A DNA stretch of 64,000 bases, from the NCBI RefSeq assembly GCF_052425735.1, contig NC_135763.1:23746001-23810000 (forward strand). The letters are read 5' to 3'. Source of the DNA: Oculina patagonica (lineage: Eukaryota). Below are positions 35,901-49,057 of the stretch, piece after piece. The translations under genes were made by a program, and so were the position numbers. The notes below the pieces were generated by a model. The model saw only the letters and a list, made by a program, of their open reading frames with translations. It had not been told where the DNA came from and made no database searches. Within the stretch, counting starts at the first letter, position 1. Each line of letters begins with the position of its first letter.

Positions 35901-36219
35901 TTACATTTTACTTGCTCTCTCCTCAGCAAAAAAACCCTGATCTTGGTCTTTAGGCGAATTTTGTTGGGAATGTACTTGGTGATGATATTCTTTAGCAAAA
36001 AATAAAGCGATTGCCTTGATAGTACCCGCAACTTTTTAAAGATAGTGACATAAAACTGAAGAGCAAAAGTTTTCTTATCTTAAGTGTCTCGCGTTTTAAC
36101 GTTTTTCAACAGAGTACGATCCTGATGACGTTCCAGAAGACGTACCAGAAGAATATGAGGACATGTCTGAAGAAGATGACCTTCCAGAGGAACTATATCA
36201 AGATGAATACGTAGAGTAA
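32957..36219 (+). CDS. Secreted acidic protein gene 5 (Asp/Glu/Tyr-rich, no hydrophobic tail), ~106 aa
   Basis: Exons 32957-33038 (MASKTLLLICLVALLRPLWG-APVPVPN), 34886-35017 (EEENKAEDYAAEDYPEMDEEVDMDQSMDDEDGDYNDQYDDEDYE), 36113-36219 (EYDPDDVPEDVPEEYEDMSEEDDLPEELYQDEYVE*); phases 1/1; probable 3'UTR exon from 37698 with AATAAA at 37864. Confidence 0.87.
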
Positions 36220-38835
36220 TGGAAAGAGCGTTAGATACAAGGTACTATTGAACTTAGCTGAAGTTCAAAGGAAACTAAAGTACGTAAATTCATCGATAAT
36301 ATCAAGTCGCAATAATAAAAGGGACAAAAATAGGTCACTCTAGGTCAGGTGATTATCGGCATGCGAACAAATTCAGTTGTCTTAGAATTTTATTAAGCGT
36401 TTTTTTTAACTTTTAAAATAAGGATTTGAAACTACACAAAAACGCAAACTTGATATTTCGAAGTTCAAATGTGTGTATTTTATGGTACGTGTTCGACGTG
36501 CTCTTATAATTCTGATTGATCACCTTTGCGTGCCTTCATGTAGTTTACTACATAATACTCTCGTATTAGTGTCTTGCGTATTGGTATCTGCACACTAGGC
36601 GCCAAATTCTCTCCGAGAAGGAGTCACGATCGAGTTCACTTATGATGGCAATTCTTACTGACTTGCTATCACAGTGGCAGTTACAAGTAGATGTGAAAGA
36701 TTTCCTTGAATAATACGCCAAATAAAATGTTGTTATATAATATAAATTAGCTTTTCAGTCTCGTAATTTTAAGACCCAAGAGAATCACTCAACGAAGCGT
36801 GACCTACGCCTTTTTAAACAAACGATACTGTGCTACGCACTAGCTAGTGTTTAGATATTTTTCATATTACGTCATTTGCTTAAAATATATACCCCAAGCT
36901 AAGTCCAGTTTACACGCTATTCTTTTCACACTTTTGTATCTTTATATTACTTTCATGATTGTGAGGAAGTTTTGTAAGTTTGCTGCATTAAACGTTAGTC
37001 CATGACAAGACAATACATGATTGCGCCAAGTCTTCGGAATTGTGGCTTGTGGCGATATAAGTTAATCCAACAAAAAATAAGTAAGGGCTATTTAGTTTTT
37101 TTCCGCTTTAATTTACACCGTAAGGTCAATAAATTTGGTCTTTTCAGTTTAGATTTTTTATTTTGAAAAATTAAAGACCCCGTCGATATATGTCTTGCAT
37201 AAAACGAACAAAACAATAAATGCAAAACCTTTCTGCGATCCGTTCAACTACTTTTAGTTATGTAGTGGACTATATTTTCATATTTGAAACTTATGTGCAG
37301 TTTTCTTCATATCTACAAAAGCCAATACAACAATGGCTTATGGTGATGCATGACGATGCATCAACATGGCGCAAAGAGACGCCATACGTAGCGAAAAGGT
37401 TGAAACGTCAAATTAAACAACACCATTTTTTGAAACGAAATCGAATGTAGCCGGCACAAAAGGCAACAATTCACTGACAAATTATGAGGGGAAAAGCGAA
37501 TAATGTGGAAAATTTCCCGTTTACAAGAGAATTATAAATAATTTTAATAATAAGTAATCGTTTTTATGTATACGTCTTGCATAATATGCAATCACTCTAT
37601 CGCCGTATTTCCCTTTATGGCTGGATGGATTTATGTTTTTCCCACCAAAGGTGGATGCATTAATATAGCAAAACTAATGAGTTTGTTTTATTTTCAGATA
37701 TCTGTCTTGATACTAATTCAACGGAGCAAATGAAAGAACCTATAATTTTTTGCAAGGAATATTATCTAATAATGTATCTTTGGTGATCAATCAACTGCTT
37801 CATATTGTTTGTGTTCTTTTCCACTTTAGTGCATGTCTGCTCCCTTGTAATTTTATGTAAACTAATAAATAAAAATATCACCGAAACAGGAGGTTAATTA
37901 TTCTTTGTGTTCTGCTTTGCTCAGGAATACCGGGAGTGTGTCTTGTCTTGTCCTAGGAAGCAATGGATGCGCGGTTGGTTGTCTAATTTCAGTAAGCTTA
38001 ACAAGTGTCCCTTGTGACCTAAATACCCACAGATATAGTTTGAGGGCCAGACTTTATAAATAATAAAAAAAACATGCATATAGCAAACTTCAATGCTTGG
38101 AGCAAAACTTTCATCTGTTTTTGCCTTTGAAATACCCGGGAAAATACGAGCGACTAAACATTCTATCTCTGAATGATCTAGATCAGTCAGGAGTCACAAC
38201 TTTTCATCTCAGTGACCGGGCTGAAATTCCTTATGTTAGTAGAAGACAAAATTCCTCCCGTTACCGGGCTCACATGAAGAGTTTTAAACCATTGGGCCAT
38301 CCTGTTGGACCATTTTATGATAACATTTTGAAGAAAAGATAGATGGAAGTCAAACTGTTTTCAAACATGCACAAAAATTTGAAAAGACGTCGCCTTGTTA
38401 AATAGTCTTTTCGGCAAAGAAATGACAAGACCCGACAATGGGGATTAGAGCGTAACAAGCAGCACTACACTACAAAATTAGATAATATTTATTGCATAAG
38501 ACTTTCGCTTTTCATTTTCTTAAAGGTTAGTTAGTGGCAGTCAAATGGGTCTTGGCCAACATCGGACGTGAATATAAGTAATATAGGGTGTAGCCTTATG
38601 GACTCGCATGTTTATTAATGGTCAGTAAAATGTGTAGTGATTGGGTTCTTTGAATTATGCTTGCACGAATATTTTCCATATGGACAGTATATCATTTAAA
38701 TTTTGAACAATGAAAAAAAAATGTAAAAAAATGGTAATAGCAGGTTTACATGTACCTACTCAATTTTCCGCATAACTAGGTTTTTGGCAATACCTGCAAT
38801 AAAAGAACGGAAGGAACGAGGGATTATACCAGTAT

Positions 38836-39395
38836 TAAAGTCTCGGCACACATGGGGACATGTCGCAGCGACATGTAGCAGCGACAAAATATTGTGTCGT
38901 ACACACTGAGGGGACATGTAACAGGGACGTGCAGCGGGGACATGCAGCAGCAACAAAAACACAATATGAACACACGCAAGAAAATGTAGCGGGACATGAC
39001 CCAGGGACATGTCGCAAGCGCAGTGACATGTTCCCTCGTGTGTACTGATAGTTTTTGTCTCAAGCAACACGAATGTTGCAGTTTTGTCCCTGCGACATGT
39101 TGCACAGATTTCAACTCGTTGAACTTCGTGCAACATGTCGCAGGAACAAAATGTTGCAGGAATTCGTGTTGCATGAACCAAAAAATTATCGGCACACACG
39201 TGGGGGACGTGTCGCTGCGACATGTCCCTGAGTCGTGTCCCCGCTACTTTTTTTGCGTATGCTCTTATTGTGGTTTTGTCCCTGCTACATGTCCCCGATA
39301 CACCCCCGCTTTATGCCCCTTCAATGTGAACAACACTTTTTTTTGTGGCTGCTACATGTCCCTGCGGCTTGTCCTCGTGGGTGCGAAAACCTTTA
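38836..39395. mobile_element. MITE with repeated GACATGT/CGACATG subunits (related fragment at ~19420-19575)
   Basis: Imperfect terminal inverted repeats (GCACACATGGGGACATGTCGCAG / CTACATGTCCCTGCGGCTTGTCCTCGTGGGTGC); source of several spurious Cys/His-rich ORFs. Confidence 0.65.
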
Positions 39396-40340
39396 CTGCC
39401 ATTAATATTTTAGAAACTTTATAATACCTTATTTTAAAGCCCTGCAAAAAAAAAAAAAAAACTCAAAAAAAATATAATATAAAATATACCTTATTTTGGG
39501 GGGTTTTTTNNNNNNNNNNNNNNNNNNNNNNNNNNNNNNNNNNNNNNNNNNNNNNNNNNNNNNNNNNNNNNNNNNNNNNNNNNNNNNNNNNNNNNNNNNN
39601 NNNNNNNNNNNNNNNNNNNNNNNNNNNNNNNNNNNNNNNNNNNNNNNNNNNNNNNNNNNNNNNNNNNNNNNNNNNNNNNNNNNNNNNNNNNNNNNNNNNN
39701 NNNNNNNNNNNNNNNNNNNNNNNNNNNNNNNNNNNNNNNNNNNNNNNNNNNNNNNNNNNNNNNNNNNNNNNNNNNNNNNNNNNNNNNNNNNNNNNNNNNN
39801 NNNNNNNNNNNNNNNNNNNNNNNNNNNNNNNNNNNNNNNNNNNNNNNNNNNNNNNNNNNNNNNNNNNNNNNNNNNNNNNNGAACCCTGTATTATTCGAAT
39901 AAAATTTTAAAAGCTTTATTTGAGGCGGACTATAAACTACTTTCGGATTGTCCTCCAACCCCTAGCGCAGCCTGATCTGAACGAGACTGGCAATGATAAA
40001 GGGGATTTGTATTTAACATTTTAATATAGTGACTGATGGATCCTCCTCTAAGTAACTTCCATTTTAATAACTGTAAAAAAATTTTGCCATTTAGAGCTTC
40101 CGCCAATGAAATACATGTACAGAGTAATGGATGCATAATGACTGTTCATATGAGACATGCGAGCTTAGAAGATTTAACTCGTACCAGTCTGACTCAAACA
40201 GTTCATTCCTCCGGTGCTTCAAGGACAAGAGTCCAGCACAGCAAGCACAGCAGAAAGTAGTTTCTTGATTTGTAGCAAGTGAAACAGCATCATTACCATC
40301 TTTCTTAATTTATCACCATGAAGCAGCATCGATTTTCGGT

Positions 40341-43300
40341 TCAGTCATCCTCCTCCTCTTCTTCCTCTTCTTCCTCTTCTTCTTCCTCTTCTTCTTCCTC
40401 TTCTTCTCCTTCTTCTTCACCCTCCGGTTCCTCTGTTTCTTCAGGAGCTTCTGTCGCTTCGGGAGCTTCAGTTTTCTCAGGTGCTTCCGTTTCTTCTGGG
40501 GCTTCCGTTGCACCCGGTGCTTCAGTTTCCTCAGGTCCTTCCGTTGCACCCGGTGCTTCAGTTTCCTCAGGTCCTTCTGTTGCTTCCGGTGCTTCCGTTT
40601 CCTCAGGTCCTTCTGTTGCTTCCGGGGCTTCCGTTTCCTCAGGTCCTTCTGTTGCTTCCGGTGCTTCCGTTTCCTCAGGTCCTTCTGTTGCTTCTGGTGC
40701 TTCCGTTTCCTCAGGTCCTTCTGGTGCTTCTGGTGCTTCCGTTTCCTCAGGTCCTTCTGTTGCTTCCGGGGCTTCCGTTTCCTCAGGTCCTTCTGTTGCT
40801 TCCGGGGCTTCCGTTTCCTCAGGTCCTTCTGTTGCACCCGGTGCTTCCGTTTCCTCAGGTCCTTCTGTTGCACCCGGTGCTTCCGTTTCCTCAGGACCCT
40901 CTGTTGCTTCCGGGGCTTCCGTTTCCTCAGGTCCTTCTGTTGCTTCTGGTGCTTCCGTTTCCTCAGGTCCTTCTGTTGCTTCCGGGGCTTCCGTTTCCTC
41001 AGGGCCTTCTGTTGCTTCCGGGGCTTCCGTTTCCTCAGGTCCTTCTGTTGCACCCGGGGCTTCCGTTTCCTCAGGTCCTTCCGTTGCACCCGGGGCTTCC
41101 GTTTCCTCAGGACCCTCTGTTGCACCCGGGGCTTCCGTTTCCTCAGGTCCCTCTGTTGCCCCCGGGGCTTCAGTTTCCTCGGGTCCTTCTGTTGCACCAG
41201 GGGCCTCCGTTTCCTCGGGTCCTTCTGTTGCTCCAGGTGCTTCCGTTTCCTCAGGGGCTTCTGTTGCCCCTGGTGCTTCTGTTTCTTCTGGAGCTTCGGT
41301 TGCTCCCGGCCCTCCAGTTACCTCTGGCTCTTCAGTTGGATCTGGGGTAGCTATTTGGAAATAACAATGGAATGGAAGAGATGAGAAACACTTTATTACC
41401 TCTGTGTCGTGTGAAACTAAATAGCAATAAAATTTAAATCATTTAAAAGACTCACAAAAATGCTTAATTTATTTTATTTAATGAAAGAGGGAAGAAATGA
41501 GTGATTTATCCGAGTTGAAGAAAGTCAAATTTTGCTGAGCCCTAATCAGGGATAAGATGCTTTCTCCTTTCCTTTTTTTTTGTACCAACAAATTTTCCAA
41601 GAAGATTCATAATTTAATTATTTTGTGGAATTCTTCGTTATGGAAAACTTTATATTTGTCTTTTTCATATCTTATAGTTGATAGTCTCTGTTAATTTACT
41701 TTTAAAGGTTTGCAAGTGTTCCGCCCTAAGAGATAATTTTGTCCCTTTTGTTATTATCAACCTTTCTAACCGGTTTGGGTGGGTGCAATTTGCCACTGAA
41801 GTCTTGGACTTGGACCAAAATCACGCAGACGCTGAGTGATGTCACCCATTGACGTCATCGGTGCGTCAGGAACTTAAGAGAAAATACCCCAAGTATCATA
41901 TAAATCTATGAAAAAGTTTTAAATAAACAGAGCAGCAGGGGGTTTTTCAGTAGGAATGAACTGACTTGGTTGATATATTAAACTTGCGGTGACTTGCAGT
42001 AACTTGCGGTTCTTTAAGTGTTGTAGCTAATTACTTGATCACGTAAGTTACGTGTTTAACTTCTGTAATTTTCTGTATTGAAAGAGCTTTGCTACGATAA
42101 TTAATCATATTTCAGTGTATCTAACGAAATTTCCGTAGTATGAAAAAGCAAACAAGCCGTGAGAAGCTGTGACGGCTGTATGGAAATGTATTTGAACGAC
42201 GATGCATGATTAAAGTAGGATGTTTCTTCGCCAAGCTAAAATGACGTTGCGCGATTGATGGCTTTCCATGACATTCTTAATTGTGCATGGCCTGCTGTGA
42301 AGATTTGACGACATTAGAAGCAATTAAACTATAATTGCCATTGTCATCATTTTTAGCTTTTGCTGGACCTTTCAAGGAACGCACAAACGAACTACGGATA
42401 CCGTTCGCTTGAACACAACACGAATTGTACCTTGGAAGGCTATTATCATCCAATTATGTAATGATTCTAGTTTAAATAACTTTGTGTATGTTACAGTTTG
42501 CGAAATACCAAGATTGTAGAAATTCAAAGAGCTGTCAAGCTACACTTAGGCCGTAGGCCGAGTGCAATTCTTCAGTCAGAGGAATTTTTACATGTTAAAA
42601 AATATATTGTGCATTTGGTCAAGTCCTTTACTTCCATTTTGGCGAATATAATTGGTTACTTGCGTAAATAATTTTTTTCACGAAGCGAGAGCTTATGCCA
42701 ACTTATGTAAGTATTTTGCGCTCTCCAAACAGAGCATAGCTTATTTGTCTACAAACGAAAACTGTGTTTTTCCATCATTTTGTAAAAAAGAGGAATATCG
42801 CCGAAAAAGTTCGATTGCAAACTTATGGTCAACTAAGTAACAGCTAAGCAATCTTTTCAACAATTTATATTGTACAAATGCTAGCCTTAAGTGAAGCGAA
42901 ATACTGGGTTTACTCTCCATCGGTAAAGTAACTTATTGTGTTCTCCTTGAGGCGAATCTGTCTTTATCAAATGATTGACGGCTGGACGGTTAAACGAGGT
43001 AGAAACTTTAAAAAGTTTTTGAATAAAGAGAATTACACCCTGTAAATGGAAAAGAATCCCTTAATTGACAATTAAACCTGGCCGCTATTTTCCAGATTTT
43101 GACTGAACAGTGAAATAGTTTAATGACTTTAGAATGTCTTGCAATCAGAAAATAAAAATACCCATCGATGTTAATGTGAACCCTTGATCACTATTATATT
43201 AAAACAACTAGATTGATTGTTCTCGTTTTTTATGACGCGATTCTTGTTTCAAGCTGCAAACTCATTGACTATGCTCTCTTAGAAAAGGAGAAGAAATAAT

Positions 43301-43420
43301 GAAGCTTTGTTAAATAATTATATTATTTTACTGCTTACCTGCCTGTTGAGGTAAAGGAACACCCGAAAGCTGTCCAACAAGTGTAGCAAGGCAAAGAAGG
43401 ATGAACGTTTTCGTAAGCAT
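40341..43420 (-). CDS. Secreted acidic protein gene 6 (Glu/Thr/Pro-rich; 12-aa repeat EETEAP[G/E]ATEGP; poly-Glu C-terminus), ~363 aa
   Basis: Exon 1 43420-43339 MLTKTFILLCLATLVGQLSG-VPLPQQA|gtaag; exon 2 41350-40341, phase 1, in frame; >20 copies of a 36-bp unit; ends ..EEEEEDD*; TATAAA about 69 bp upstream of the ATG. Confidence 0.9.
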
Positions 43421-43488
43421 CTTCTGGAGTTCAATCGCTCTTCTTAATAATACTTTTCACAATGATGTCTTGAAATTGTATTGAGCAA

Positions 43489-43494
43489 TTTATA
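43489..43494 (-). promoter_or_regulatory. TATA box of gene 6, conserved with gene 7 (49127-49132)
   Basis: Both read CTATAAATTGCT on the minus strand 69-70 bp upstream of the ATG, followed by a shared ACATCATT motif. Confidence 0.65.
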
Positions 43495-45533
43495 GGAAAA
43501 ATGAATCATGCTTGTAGCTTCTACTATTGGTTGATGAAGGAATGAAATCCAACGCTATATTACCGTTATTAAGCACTTTAATTTTAGAACTAATCAAGAC
43601 CTCATCAAAGCACGTGAGAGATTTTGACAGCGCGAGTCATTGCTAGTTATAGTTATATGACGGAGTAACTACGTAATTTTTCAGTAATTTTGGTTTCCAT
43701 GAATGATATTCAGCCCGTCAGAAATGTCTTTGTGACAGTGATCTGACAAACTAATCTTTGATTAAATGGTGTTGCTGGCTTAGGTGAACTATTTGAATAC
43801 AGTAATCAGCCGATTGATTCGTAGAGTAAAGAAGTTTACTTTTTCTATTTTAGAGGAGGGGTGGCCAATTGTAAAATGAAATGTAACGTCAATTATCTCA
43901 AAAATTTAATTGAATGCCAACAAAAGCCAAATATTTTTAGGTAAAAAGCGCCCGTATATTTATTAAGAAGAAACTTTCTAAATTGAATGACACAAATTCC
44001 TCTCAATACGATCTTTTTCTACGTAATTTCAAACGTTATGAAGAGAGAAGTACCGCTTAGCTCATAAAATAACATTTTTTTCTTTAGGTGCAATATGTAT
44101 CTATATCCGACGACCCTCGCCAACTACCAAACGTTGGCTTTTACTGTTTTGGACCGCGTGATTGGTTGGCGATAGGTGGATTATATTGGCTGTATTTGGT
44201 TTTCGTAATTTTTTCGAGCCTTGATAAATGCAATGAAATTTCATAGCGATTCAGATAAGGTGTTGAAGTTAAAATAGAAAGCATTAAATATTGATATAAC
44301 GTCCACAATACAAAAAGAAAAGTATGTAGTATTAGTTGCAAGTTTTTCGTCACTTTAAACTCGAGCATCCTTATATTGTCATTACAAAGCATTTTTCGAT
44401 GAGTATGAGTGATGGGAATGAGCGAAAAAAGGAGATCTAATACGTAAAGAAAGCGTGCATATATGACATATATCTGTTTTGTGTGTTGCCCGAAGCTTAT
44501 GCCATGATGCATCTAGAAGTATCGCTACCCCCCCCCCCCTTTGACAGGATGCTAGTCCGTGATAGGTAACCCCACGACCATTCTGTAAGATTTCCCAAAC
44601 AGTGACAAATAAACTCACGCGATGAACGCACTGACGTTCAGATCGCACTGAAACTGTCTTGCAATAAAAAATGAGCCGAAACTATTTTAGATATATATAT
44701 TGCACGCAGTGCCCCTAGATTATTAATGACGTAAAGAAAACCTTACCCTCGCTTTCCTTAACTTCGGCGGCGTATAGAATACATTAATATTTGGTATTTG
44801 GATAAATGATTTTCAAAACAGAAAGATTTCTACCCGCGCTAGCGTTAAGGAGAGCATTCACATAGCTCGTCACTTAGCTTATTGTGTTTCTTACAACTGA
44901 AAAGAGCAGTATTAAAGCCGTTTATACTACAAGCATGGGCGGATACAGGGGGGGGGGGGGGGNNNNNNNNNNNNNNNNNNNNNNNNNNNNNNNNNNNNNN
45001 NNNNNNNNNNNNNNNNNNNNNNNNNNNNNNNNNNNNNNNNNNNNNNNNNNNNNNNNNNNNNNNNNNNNNNNNNNNNNNNNNNNNNNNNNNNNNNNNNNNN
45101 NGGTTTAAGTTTGGGTGGGTGGTTTTAACCCACCCCCCCTCCTCTTTTTTATCTTCCCTACAAGTACATGTTCAAGCTGATAGGAATGATCAATGACAGT
45201 GGCAAGTTGTAGGCTTTATTGTCTACTTTATGACTAATATAAATTACATAAAGTAAAACATCATGAAACTTTGTGATATGGGTGTGTAATTGGTCAGTGT
45301 TTAAATGGAAATGTTCGGCTGATTTTCCATGATTATGTCATTGGGGTGGGAAATAGCAGTAAGNNNNNNNNNNNNNNNNNNNNNNNNNNNNNNNNNNNNN
45401 NNNNNNNNNNNNNNNNNNNNNNNNNNNNNNNNNNNNNNNNNNNNNNNNNNNNNNNNNNNNNNNNNNNNNNNNNNNNNNNNNNNNNNNNNNNNNNNNNNNN
45501 NNNNNNNNNNNNNNNNNNNNNNNNNNNNNNNNN

Positions 45534-48500
45534 TTCAGTTTCTTCTTCTTCCGGTGCTTCAGTTTCCTCAGGTGCTTCTGTTTCCTCTGGTGCTTCAGTT
45601 TCCGTTCCTCAGTTCCTCTGGTTCTTCAGTTTCCGGTTCCTCAGTTTCCTCTGGTTCTTCAGTTTCCGGTTCCTCGGTTTCCTCTGGTTCTTCGGTTTCA
45701 GGTTCTTCCGTTTCCTCTGGAGCTTCTGTTTCTTCTGGAGCTTCTGTTTCTTCTGGTGCTTCTGTTTCCTCTGGAGCTTCTGTTTCTTCGGGGGCTTCTG
45801 TTTCCTCGGGGGCTTCTGTTTCCTCTGGGGCTTCTGTTTCCTCTGGGGCTTCTGTTTCCTCTGGGGCTTCTGTTTCCTCTGGAGCTTCTGTTTCTTCGGG
45901 GGCTTCTGTTTCTTCTGGGGCTTCTGTTTCCTCGGGGGCTTCTGTTTCTTCTGGGGCTTCTGTTTCCTCTGGGGCTTCTGTTTCCTCTGGAGCTTCTGTT
46001 TCCTCTGGGGCTTCTGTTTCCTCTGGTGCTTCTGTTTCTTCTGGTTCCTCGGTTGGACCTGAAATCAGTGAATAGATTTAAAAAATTAAACCCTTTCCGT
46101 TCGACCGCTTCTTCTTATGCAACTAAGCTGTTGTCCAGAAAAAAGCTTTGATTAAGACACTGGCTTTTTCTGGCGGTACTAGTCGGACTTCATTATTTTT
46201 TCTGGTCGCGCTTATTTCTGTGTTGTTGGCTTGTTTGTTCCAGCTTATAACTTTTTTTCTCATGAAGCAGGTTTTATAAAAGTAGGTTTCTTTTACACAA
46301 AAACATTAATTGTTTTCGTCCTTTCTCTTTACTCTAATTTTGTTTCAATATTGTTTTCATGCCCATACTATCCAGAAAGATAATCAAAAAAATGTACATT
46401 CGCGTAGCTACGAGACTAGTTTATAGCGGAGCTCCCTCGCACGTCGAAGATGCCCGCTAGCGGAGCCCTACACCTTCAAAAATTGGTATACTCTTCGCGA
46501 ACTTTTAAACATTTCATTGTCATGTCATTAAAGTCCGTCTGTTCGTGTGTCTGTGCGCACGTACCTACGTACACCTTATTTTGTATAACTCTAAACTCGA
46601 CTGAATGATGTGGACGTTTCAAAACGAAGCGATGGTATCACTGTGTAACTTGAATAAAACGTGAGGAAAGCAAGCAAGACAGAAACAAAAGATCCGAAAT
46701 AGTTGTCTTTGTTGAAACTCATATCCCTTGTGCAAGTGAGATGAAGCCGTTTGCGTTAAGTTTACTTGTTTGGCTTAAGCTTGTTGGCTCCGCGGTTGTC
46801 ATCATCAAGACTACACAATAATTGTGTTGAAATGACGCTAAGCTTCGAATCAATCAAGTTAACTGAAGTAAAGGACAAGTTCAAATGTAAGGTACGAACT
46901 TGACTGCATTGTTAAGCCTAATTTTATGACGAAAATATGTGTTCACTATTTGAGTGAATTGTATCGGCCGATTTTCGGATCTTCCCGTGAATTTGCCTTC
47001 ATTTATCCGCTTTTGTTGTATATGTACATGTACAGGCATTTTCAATTAAATCCCAGTTAAGCCGTGAGTTCCCTTTACCTGAGTTGAGAGTTAGGTTATT
47101 TTCTTTCGCCGTGAGTTTATTATCTTTTTTGTGAGTCGATTTTCTTTTTCCTTGAGTAAGTTTTTTTTTTGCAATGAGTATATTTTCTTTACCTAGAGTT
47201 AATTTTCTTTTACCGTGAACCACCGTGAGTCGGTTTTCTTTTGTAGTGAGTTGATTTTTTTTGCCGTGGGTTAACATTGTTTTGCTGTGTGTTTATTTTA
47301 TATTGCCGTGAGTTTATTTTATTATGCCTCCAGATAATTTTTTGTGCCGTAAGATATTCATCTCGCACCTACCTGTATGGGCCACCTTACTTTTCATATG
47401 TTGACGATTTCTTACCAGAATGGAAACATTATTCATAACTGGGAAAATCGAACGCTTTTAGGCTTGCCTAATGTCTATACTTTTTTTATAGCTTATGAAA
47501 TCACAAATTTGCGAGTTTTGTTAATATTTAAAAATGGCCAAACCGAAGCATACTGAAAGAGCGAATCACACCTCAATCCGCCCCTTTCATTGTTACAAAT
47601 ATAGCTCATCAAATCGTTTTCTACGAATGAGTACAATATATATAATACACTATCATTTCCTGTAACTGACATGCCCATATACGTGTACACGGTGCGAGAA
47701 GTATTCGAGAAACACTACAAATTTCAAAAATTTTGAAGCCACGTGAACCTTATATTATTTGTCGATTGTTTTTTACTTAAAGTTTGAAATAAAACTGACA
47801 CGCTGTATAATGTCAAGTGCCCCTGATAAGCGGGATATCTTTTATGAATGATTCAGCCATCCAAGTATTTTGAAACGTATTGCGTCGGTAACTTTGTTGA
47901 GTAGAGGAATATATTACATAAAAAGACCCTAATATAGGACAATGCATGACAGTGCACGAACACGAATATTGGTAATTTTGTTTTGCCGTGAGTGTGATAA
48001 TTTGGAATTTGGTTTAACACAGCATATTTGTGTGAGGAACTTATTTAACTGCAGTTTGGTACTTGAAATCAGTGTGCGTGGGTTACCGCAGCTTAATTTT
48101 CAAGTACAATGTACTTGTCCATTACATTATGCAAGAGAACATTTACCACCTGCCGAGGAAGAGTAAAGCCACATTAAACGAGTGAAAGAGGCAAAATAAT
48201 CTAAAATAACTTTGGTTTCTGTTGGATTCCGTTTGGCTCATTTACAATATATTGAAGACTATTCACTATCTGCCGAGGCAGAATAAGTCGCTCACATGTA
48301 TATTCACCTTTTTATCGTCAGGTAATTAGCAACACTTAACGGCATTGTCAAGCTAGCCCACGTGTGGCCGCACATACCTTCTAATAGTATTGTTTCAAAA
48401 TACGGTCGCCGACTTCGTTCAGGGTCATTCTCATTGTTATTTTAATTTATCTCTTAATTTTGCCTTCTTCTTCAAAAACGTCAATTCAAAGTCAAATGCC

Positions 48501-49057
48501 TTTATCGGAATATTTGCAAGTGACGAATTAAATACGCTGTCTGAAAACAGCAGATTCTTACAGAAAATAGAGCGTCTGGCAGAAAATAAAAAAAGGAAAA
48601 ATGCAAAGGCATGGATATATTTTATTTAAGTCAATGAAAGGACTAACTATTGATTTTTAAAGGAAGGAAAGTGATAAATGATCATCGCAGTGAATTTCCA
48701 ATTTAAGCAATTGGAATAAAGAAGCCTGAAAAAATTAAGGGCTTCAACGTTGGTAATCGTTCTCAAAGGGTTCTTATGTTATGAGATTAAAACAACAAAG
48801 CACTTTAAAGTCAATTTAGTCTTGTTCTAACCCAAGCATTAGACACTCTTTGTGTAAACAACATTAAGCCTCCCTCTGCAGAATAGCCTTTATAAACAAA
48901 CCAAGACAAAAAATGCGCATTTTGTGTAAGAAATATTTGATACCATATGTAAGGCATATGTTTTTTTTTGTAACTCACCTTGTTGAGGCAAAGGAGCAGC
49001 TGAAAGCTGTCCTATCAGAGCACAAAGGCAAAGAAGAAACAAAGTTTTTGAAGTCAT
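45534..49057 (-). CDS. Secreted acidic protein gene 7 ((EETEAP)n then (EETEEPETEEP)n); 3' end in an assembly gap
   Basis: Exon 1 49057-48979 MTSKTLFLLCLCALIGQLSA-APLPQQ|gtgag; exon 2 starts at 46058 (phase 1, GPTEEPEETEAP..); two single-base losses at ~45600-45615 next to gap 45364-45533. Confidence 0.83.
48665..48750 (-). mobile_element. Truncated SINE fragment in the intron of gene 7
   Basis: TGATCATCGCAGTGAATTTCCAATTTAAGCAATTGG...GAAGCCTGAAAAAATTAAGGGCTTCAACG resembles a common anthozoan SINE body (from memory). Confidence 0.45.

Noticed and set aside
38756-39424. Cys/His-rich ORFs on both strands
   Set aside because: Produced by the repeated palindromic subunits of a MITE
40313-41364. 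Lys/Arg/Gln-rich, Ser/Gly/Ala-rich and Leu/Pro-rich ORFs (likewise 45329-46151 and 63375-63705)
   Set aside because: Alternative-frame or antisense readings of the Glu-Thr-Pro repeat exons
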